From: Leptospirales bacterium
Lineage (GTDB): Bacteria > Spirochaetota > Leptospiria > Turneriellales > JAOUFE01
Length of the DNA stretch: 43,102 nucleotides
Direction of reading: 5' to 3'
Assembly (NCBI GenBank): GCA_040326155.1
Contig: JBEQLE010000035.1
Coordinates: forward strand, 1 to 43,102
Shown here: positions 36,792-43,102 of the stretch, piece by piece
How the letters are laid out: each line of letters opens with the position of its first letter
Position numbering within the stretch: position 1 is the stretch's first letter
Notes under the pieces: generated by a model
The model's input: only the letters and a program-made list of their open reading frames with translations
The model's database searches: none
What the model was told of the DNA's origin: nothing
Translations under genes and position numbers: made by a program

Positions 36792-38741
36792 ATGTACAAA
36801 ATTTTTAAAACCGGTTTAATAAGTATATTCATAGTTATCTTGATAGGTTGTACCCAAAATGGAAACGGGGGAAACGGTGGAAATACTGGAAACGGGGGAG
36901 GACAGGCAAACAACTCGACGAATATTGAGTTTATGAAAGTAGTGCAAACTGATGCCGACCTTCCAAATTGTAACAACTCTAATGATGGAATTATGTACTA
37001 TATCATAGCTACGAATATAGTTAAATATTGTCTTAGTGGAACATATAGTGTTGCTAACTTTATTCCGGTATGCGGAAATAATAGTCTTGAAACTGGTGAA
37101 CAATGCGACGACGGGAACATTGTAAATGGTGATGGTTGTGATAGTACTTGTCATAACGAAAATATTTCATTCTTATGTGGAAACGGAACAATTGACCAAG
37201 GGGAGCAATGCGATGATAGTAACTTAATTAATGGTGATGCATGTGATGACACATGCCATTATGAACTCGATCCATTCGTTGTTGCTATAGATAAAATAAA
37301 TCTAAAAATTGGTTACCTACAACCCGACAACGACGATAACGTGACACAAGATATTAGTTTACCCACATCAGGTTTTATGGGCTCTACGGTCACCTGGACT
37401 AGTGATAATGCAGCAATAAATGTCAATGGGAACGTAAGTCGACCCGTTCAAGGTACTGGAAATTCGTTGGTAACCCTGACTGCTACCATAACGAAAAACA
37501 CAATTACTGATATAAAAGTATTCAATTTAACCGTAATCGAGACACCACAAACTGACAATGAAGCCGTGGCAGCAGATAAGTCTTCCCTTACGATTGCCTA
37601 CGGCGGAACAGATTCTGCCGGAAGCGTGACACAGAATGTGACTTTTTCGACCACCGGCTTAAATGGAACCACCATCACCTGGTCATCAAGCGATACCGGA
37701 GCTATTGCCACAAATGGTGCAGTGACCCGACCGGGTTTCGCTTCAGGCGATGCAGTGGTCACGCTAATAGCAACCATCGATAAAAACGGAATCAACGACA
37801 CCAAAATATTTAATTTGACCGTGATTAAATCGATTGCTGCTGTTGCCGGAAAGCAATGGGCGAATTCTGTGGGAGGTGTGGCCTTTAATATGGTTGAAGT
37901 GCCCGGAAAAACGACTTTTATCGGTGTAACAGATGCCATCCGGGTAAGTGTAGCCAATGACTATTTGATCGCCGAGACCGAAGTGACCTATGAGCTTTGG
38001 AGCGCCGTTAAAAACTGGGCCGATTCAAATGGCTACACCTTTGCCAATGCGGGTGTTATGGGCGATGGAACGGGCGATACAAACCAGCATCCGGTCACGA
38101 CGATTAATTGGCGTGATGCGATGGTGTGGACGAATGCTTTGACAGAGTATTATAACGCCCAGAATGCCACATCTCTCACAATTGTTTATACATCTGATGC
38201 CGATTATACAACTCCGATTCGCAGTTCGGCGGATGGTGTATTTGGCGCAACTTTTGATTATCCAAATGCGGGTAGTTTTGACGACCCCTATGTGACCCCG
38301 AATGCCACAGGCTTTCGATTACCGACGGATGTAGAATGGGAGCTTGCGGCGAGATATATCAACGATGCTAATGGGGATGGCGATATCATAGACCAAACTC
38401 CGATAATGGAATATTATCCCGGCGACCATGCCAGTGGGGCGACGGCAGATTATACAGACGTTACGGCAACAGGTCTTGTGAGCTGGTATAGTGTTAATAG
38501 CGGTAGTTCTACTCATGTAGTCGCCACAAAAACAGCCAATGCATTGGGTTTGTATGATATGAGCGGAAATGTATCGGAATGGGTTTTCGACTGGTACACA
38601 GTCAATTTTTCCCGTGTGGAGCATGGCGGAAGCTGGGACAATTCAGTGACGAACATCCAGGTTGGCGGCAGTGTGTTCAGCGTCAGCTCGTATAACGAGT
38701 ACGACAGGATTGGCTTCCGTCCTGCGAGATCGGCTATTTGA
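36792..38741 (+). CDS. Surface lipoprotein: Gly linker, 2 Myxococcus-type Cys-rich repeats, 2 Ig-like domains, C-terminal FGE-sulfatase (CLec) domain
   Basis: LIGC lipobox; CGN....GEQCDD x2; W.SS...I...G.V.RP x2; ETEVTYELW, HPV..INWRDA, FRLPT..EWE.AAR, NALGLYDMSGNVSEW, IGFRP. Confidence 0.9.
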   Translation: MYKIFKTGLISIFIVILIGCTQNGNGGNGGNTGNGGGQANNSTNIEFMKVVQTDADLPNCNNSNDGIMYYIIATNIVKYCLSGTYSVANFIPVCGNNSLETGEQCDDGNIVNGDGCDSTCHNENISFLCGNGTIDQGEQCDDSNLINGDACDDTCHYELDPFVVAIDKINLKIGYLQPDNDDNVTQDISLPTSGFMGSTVTWTSDNAAINVNGNVSRPVQGTGNSLVTLTATITKNTITDIKVFNLTVIETPQTDNEAVAADKSSLTIAYGGTDSAGSVTQNVTFSTTGLNGTTITWSSSDTGAIATNGAVTRPGFASGDAVVTLIATIDKNGINDTKIFNLTVIKSIAAVAGKQWANSVGGVAFNMVEVPGKTTFIGVTDAIRVSVANDYLIAETEVTYELWSAVKNWADSNGYTFANAGVMGDGTGDTNQHPVTTINWRDAMVWTNALTEYYNAQNATSLTIVYTSDADYTTPIRSSADGVFGATFDYPNAGSFDDPYVTPNATGFRLPTDVEWELAARYINDANGDGDIIDQTPIMEYYPGDHASGATADYTDVTATGLVSWYSVNSGSSTHVVATKTANALGLYDMSGNVSEWVFDWYTVNFSRVEHGGSWDNSVTNIQVGGSVFSVSSYNEYDRIGFRPARSAI

Positions 38742-38765
38742 CGACCTCGTGTTAGCTTAGAATCT

Positions 38766-39107
38766 ATGATCGGCTTGCCGTTTATGGAGTCTAAGCGAAT
38801 AGTGAAAAGCGGGGTTGGCGTAGTCGAAAATAGCACCATATACTTTATTATTATGGCAAGAAGCGATATCAATTATGACAACATTACAATAACTTTAAAA
38901 TATCGAGGCAGGGATAATCGGAAACAGGAACGAATATTTGATTTTGATTTCAAGCAATATAAGGACATTTACAGTATTAATCGAAAGGACTTACATGACA
39001 TCGCCGGAAATATCGAAAATATGACAAAAATAATAGACAAAAGGCTTGGAGTGATAGAGTGGAACTTAATAGATAAAAATTCAAAGGTAGATGAAGATAA
39101 TTTGTAA
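38766..39107 (+). CDS. Hypothetical protein, possibly a C-terminal remnant
   Basis: 113-aa AT-rich ORF, no clear SD. Confidence 0.35.
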   Translation: MIGLPFMESKRIVKSGVGVVENSTIYFIIMARSDINYDNITITLKYRGRDNRKQERIFDFDFKQYKDIYSINRKDLHDIAGNIENMTKIIDKRLGVIEWNLIDKNSKVDEDNL

Positions 39108-39432
39108 TGCTCAAGCATAGTAAAAAAACTTGTCGAATGTCGTATAGTTTTATATAATATTAAAAACGCACTCATATTGTTATTACTGGAAATTGGTATA
39201 TAGTTTGTTTTGACTTTAAATTCTCACTATGGATGAATTTATCTAAGGAGACTTTAATGGTATGTACAAATTTCTTATTGAATATTAAAGATTTATTTAC
39301 TGTCGGGCTAGTGTTCATGGGACGTTAAAGTCGGGCAAATAATGAAATATACGAATTGAGGTAATAATTCGGGTGATAAACACTAGGGGGCGAAAGCCCC
39401 CGCGCCCACCAGAATCATAAAAATATCATTTC

Positions 39433-39495
39433 ATCTAACGTGACGGTTTTATCTGATGTTTTGGGAAGCCTTGTGCAGATTAAAATCGGTTATAC
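39433..39495 (-). other. attC-like recombination site, 63 bp
   Basis: GTATAAC-cgatt-TTAATCTG...CAGATAA-aaccgtcac-GTTAGAT; stop codon of 39490..39894 lies inside R''. Confidence 0.75.
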
Positions 39496-39894
39496 GCTGT
39501 GTTTTTTTGTTACCTTCTGGCTTTTGGAGTAATTTATCAGTATATTCTTTGTAAACTCTAAATTGCTAGCAGCTCTAGTATTTATTGAATATTGTTGAAA
39601 AATTTCTGTGATATCTTGCATTAATGTTTTTTTATTATTAGAATATAATCGGTGAATTCGTCCATTTTTTTTATTTATAAGTAGATTAGTTTCCCCGTGT
39701 TTTTCCTTAATAATATCTTTCATATTGAAATTAGCATACTTTAAATGAATTGTAAGTTTTTTGTTATCTGAAATTTTCACTCTTGCTGAGTAGGGAAGAT
39801 CACCAGGTAAGAGGGCATTTTCGATATTAACATTTTCGATTTTCTCATGTAAATCTGAGTTAATATTTTCATGAATACGAACCACATACTTCAC
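39490..39894 (-). CDS. Hypothetical soluble protein, gene 2 of the two-gene cassette
   Basis: GTGA overlap with the upstream gene, GGGGA SD-like, stop in attC. Confidence 0.75.
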   Translation of the reverse strand: MKYVVRIHENINSDLHEKIENVNIENALLPGDLPYSARVKISDNKKLTIHLKYANFNMKDIIKEKHGETNLLINKKNGRIHRLYSNNKKTLMQDITEIFQQYSINTRAASNLEFTKNILINYSKSQKVTKKHSV

Positions 39895-40787
39895 AACATA
39901 TCCCCTTTCCTGTTAATTGCATTCTGAATAAATCTAATAAATGGGCTCAAAGATGGCAACATTTCATCGTCAAAGGGTGCCTTGGTATCATTATTATCAA
40001 TAATAAACACACAACTTGGATCATCTTCACTATCCACCATAGTAGTAGCATAATAATGAATTGATTTTCTGTCAATAACTTTTAGCTTATTAAGCGATTT
40101 AATATAACCTTGCTGCATATATTTATTCACCTTACTCTTTTTGTTTCTTGGTAGTTCGTCAATCGATTTAATGGAAGAAAGATCAATATCTTCGATATTG
40201 GGTAAAGTTTTTCTAATCGGTGTCATTTCTGCCCATGCTTTAGCTACAATACTATCTATATCACTTTGAGAACTTGGGACAGCAAATATAGTGCTCAGAT
40301 TTAACTGCTTAGGTGAACTCGTGCGACAATAAATTGTAAAGTAATAATTAGGTCTAAATGGGAAGTTTTTTAATATTAAGATTAGCTTTTTTTTGTTACA
40401 AAAATTTCCTATTCCTTTTATGAAGTTATGCCAAATGTAGATAAATATAGTGTTTACCCACCTTGTTTTCTTGAAGATAGTTATTCTTGTATAAATGTTT
40501 TTATTGTCAAAGAATATCTTAAGTACTTCTTCTATTGTTTTTAATATGAATTTTCGTTTAACTTGGCTAGGAAGTAGAAAATTTGCGTTTATTTGAATGA
40601 TTGATATGATGATAACGGAAAGAAAGATATAAAATATATTATACTCAATAAGGTGATTATTCAGATAGTAAATATAATTTAATAGAGTATGAGCTTCATT
40701 CTCAATGGATATGTTTTTCATGTATTGAAGGCATACGATTAAGCCACTAAAAATTGTATTGATAATTAGGTTCCTAATGCTTTTCAT
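39891..40787 (-). CDS. 2TM protein with GAF-like C-terminal domain, gene 1 of the cassette
   Basis: Two N-terminal hydrophobic segments; RITIF, TIYCR, SIVAKAW, HYYATTM, CVFIID resemble GAF topology. Confidence 0.75.
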   Translation of the reverse strand: MKSIRNLIINTIFSGLIVCLQYMKNISIENEAHTLLNYIYYLNNHLIEYNIFYIFLSVIIISIIQINANFLLPSQVKRKFILKTIEEVLKIFFDNKNIYTRITIFKKTRWVNTIFIYIWHNFIKGIGNFCNKKKLILILKNFPFRPNYYFTIYCRTSSPKQLNLSTIFAVPSSQSDIDSIVAKAWAEMTPIRKTLPNIEDIDLSSIKSIDELPRNKKSKVNKYMQQGYIKSLNKLKVIDRKSIHYYATTMVDSEDDPSCVFIIDNNDTKAPFDDEMLPSLSPFIRFIQNAINRKGDML

Positions 40788-40999
40788 TATGATTTCTCTA
40801 TGTCAAAGATAAATAACTATTCACTAAATATAATGTAAAGAACTAATTCTCTCTCATTTAAGAATGATTCACTATGTATACAATCACCCAAAAATAGCCG
40901 ATAACTATAATAAACCCGAAACAAAGATAACACCCTGAAGCGATTTTATCCCGGGGCTTCCTTACCAAAAAACTTTAAACTATAATTCCGAGCCGATTC

Positions 41000-41033
41000 T
41001 TCGGTAGCATTCCGCAGTGCGAACCAGTGGAGT
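41000..41033 (-). repeat. Dispersed repeat family A, copy 3
   Basis: Reverse complement contains GGTTCGCACTGCGGAATGCTACCGAA. Confidence 0.7.
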
Positions 41034-41484
41034 GTTATTGCTTAACTCTCGATATTCCATGGGTTCGTCATCTGCCAAAATTTTATTGGTTTTAAAGTCC
41101 CCAGTCTCGGGGGTATCGGAATTCTCGGTCGACGGTGGTTTCGGAGAGTTTGACTATGATGGGCATTTTGCGTTTAAACTGGGAGCGTTGCACTTTTTTA
41201 AATACCAGATCGAGATACAAATTGGAATTTTTATCTAAAGAGTTTTTTACTGCGAAGCGAATCCAATATAGAAAATTTTCGCCGCCAACGTCCCGAGTCC
41301 GTAACAAAAGTAAAGGTATTTTACACCACATACAAACCAGTGCCGTGTCTGTTTAATTTGTTCCGCTAGCCGTCGGCTAGCCAACGGCTAGCGCTTCACA
41401 AATTCAAGCGGAAACGCCACTTAGCTGCCTCTGGATAAAGTTTTTATTGAATAATAAAATAACTTATTATCCAGACACAGCACT

Positions 41485-41503
41485 AGTGCGGAATGCGACC
41501 GAA
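41485..41503 (+). repeat. Dispersed repeat family A, copy 4 (partial)
   Basis: AGTGCGGAATGCGACCGAA. Confidence 0.6.
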
Positions 41504-41553
41504 TAACTGGCAAGCGGCGTTGCCGGTTTGGCGTAAAGTTTAACGTGAAAATA

Positions 41554-41745
41554 TCAGATTCGTTCGGCATCTTTCAAAATGGTTTGAACCTGTTGCTCCG
41601 TAACTGTCGGATACTGTTCTAAAAACTCCTTAATGTCACTCCCGCCTTCAAGGTATTCAAACAAAAGCCTGATCGGAACTCTTGATTTTGAAAAAACAGG
41701 TTCTCCACCCAATATTTGAGAATCGATAGTTATTGGAGAATTCAT
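41554..41745 (-). CDS. DUF433 antitoxin-like protein (orphan)
   Basis: ITID.QILGGEPVF..SRVP...LF.YL.GG....EFLEQYPTV. Confidence 0.88.
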   Translation of the reverse strand: MNSPITIDSQILGGEPVFSKSRVPIRLLFEYLEGGSDIKEFLEQYPTVTEQQVQTILKDAERI

Positions 41746-41800
41746 AATAGTATTAATTTATAGAATAAAGCATGAAATGGCAACTCATATTTGAAGGTAG

Positions 41801-42031
41801 CTAGCCCTTCTCAGCCAAAATCCGTACCAGTAATTTCTCTGCCGGTTCGTCATTTGGATCTTGCGGCACAAGCTCACCACGAAAGGCCTTGGCCAACACC
41901 GACTGCGAGATTTTATCGATTTTTTCTTTGGAGTTTTTGTAATGACCTTCGAGTTTGTCGGCAATGGTAAAAAGGCGATCGACATGACGTACAATCTCTT
42001 TTTACTCTTCCAGCGGAGGGAGTGGATAGAG
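41801..42031 (-). pseudogene. hsdS: Type I R-M specificity subunit C-terminal remnant
   Basis: Frame not in the ORF track: PLPPLEE*KEIVRHVDRLF...QSVLAKAFRGELVPQDPNDEPAEKLL; TAA at 42004-42002 where Q is expected. Confidence 0.88.
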
Positions 42032-43102
42032 TAATAAAATAAAAACCAGCCACATTTGGGCTTGCAAGCAGAGGCCTAGCGGGTATGCATTTAGTATATC
42101 GTGATAAGAATTGGTATTGTCAAGCGATTTTGGAAAACTTCCCTTTTGAAAATTGCGCTTTATTTTTGGTTTAAACTTTCACTCACGCTTGTTCCCCAAC
42201 GCCTCATCACTTTTTTCCATATTAATGGAAAAGATGTTTGCTAATATTAAAAACATTGAAAGCCACGTAGAAATTATTTTAATATTATTCATTTTATAAA
42301 CTCCCCTAAGTTATAAATGACATATTATAGATAATATATAGGGTAAAATCCCTGCACAATCAAATAAGGCTTGACTTTATATCAGTATATTATAATATGG
42401 TTGTTTGTCTATGACAAATATAATTAATGATATAAAAATGATTACACGGCGATTTGAAGTTGATAACGGCCTCGGCTTTCTCTCTGGTAACGCAAAATCA
42501 TTTATCCAAATGCTTTTGCGTGAAGATGCTAGAAAAGAGCAAAGTAAATTGAAAATCGCCGTTAACCCAATCATAATAAAACCATTAGATAAGTAGTTTA
42601 TTGGAAATTTTTCGGGGGCTAACTCCCCCGTTTTTTTGTTAGTACTTATCATATGTATGGCATTTTGTATTTTTAAAAAATGTCAGTAAGGGGCTGATTG
42701 GTTAATGAGCCTCTCTCTGGTTTTAGCTTCTGAATCATTTTCACCCACTAGTATAACTGCTCTACGTTACCGATTAACCCGGAAATAAAGACTTATTTAC
42801 TTTATTGTAAATATAAGATCGGGGGGCAAATGATTTTTTAATGAGTTTTGCAGCGAAAGGCAAATTCAAAACGACAGAATGGGGATGAATTAAAAGCTTG
42901 CAATGGTCTAACAGAATCCTCTTCCGATTGTGAATCTTGATTTTCCATATTCACGACAAATCTCCCTTCGCAATCTACACCGACAAGCTAAAATCGTCGC
43001 AGATTATTCATCAAATATAATTCGACGTTTTCGAATTCTACGCGTGGGGTAGCGGAGGCTCTTTTGGTTGAAATCAACCAAAAAGCCAAAGCGAGGGGCG
43101 CG

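Noticed and set aside
35875..38755. CCTCGTGTTAG shared by the IS 3' end (35875) and the region after the lipoprotein gene (38745)
   Set aside because: A single 11-mer with no supporting structure; may be chance, though the second could be an R' remnant
41785..41994. 69-aa ORF from the track
   Set aside because: Wrong frame; the hsdS-like reading frame explains this DNA
42040..43102. Short ORFs at the window end (42377-42652, 42405-42596) and 41017-41356
   Set aside because: No recognisable motifs or convincing starts; possibly decayed genes

Overview
Chromosomal window from a spirochaete, probably Leptospirales; this is inferred from the FlgK/FlgL sequence style and the flgN-flgK-flgL-fliW-csrA order. 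1-30.7 kb is mostly housekeeping and stress genes: flagellar and csrA genes, RNase J, dUTPase, a tandem ribbon-helix-helix protein, an MBL hydrolase, a DUF4139/4140 protein, an SRPBCC/TetR pair, rpmB, an orphan pstS with a Pho-like box, a Spy/CpxP-OmpR-kinase module, an SDR, a Pif1-like helicase, a PIN TA pair, uvrA, an AAA ATPase and alkD. 30.7-42 kb is an accessory region. It holds a repeat-flanked TA pair and a decaying cluster of integron-type gene cassettes (attC-like sites and half-sites, no integrase in the window), including an intact AT-rich two-gene cassette (2TM+GAF-like protein plus a small protein) that is a candidate novel defence system. It also holds a 260-bp alkD copy between attC half-sites and an IS110/IS1111-type element whose ends, AG/CT core and bridge/seekRNA guide-like matches can be read directly; this IS splits an eCIS-effector-like gene. 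A mosaic FGE-sulfatase lipoprotein with a DGR-like variable tail, an orphan DUF433 gene and an hsdS remnant complete the region. No tRNA, rRNA or CRISPR array was seen. All family assignments come from motif recognition by eye, not database searches.
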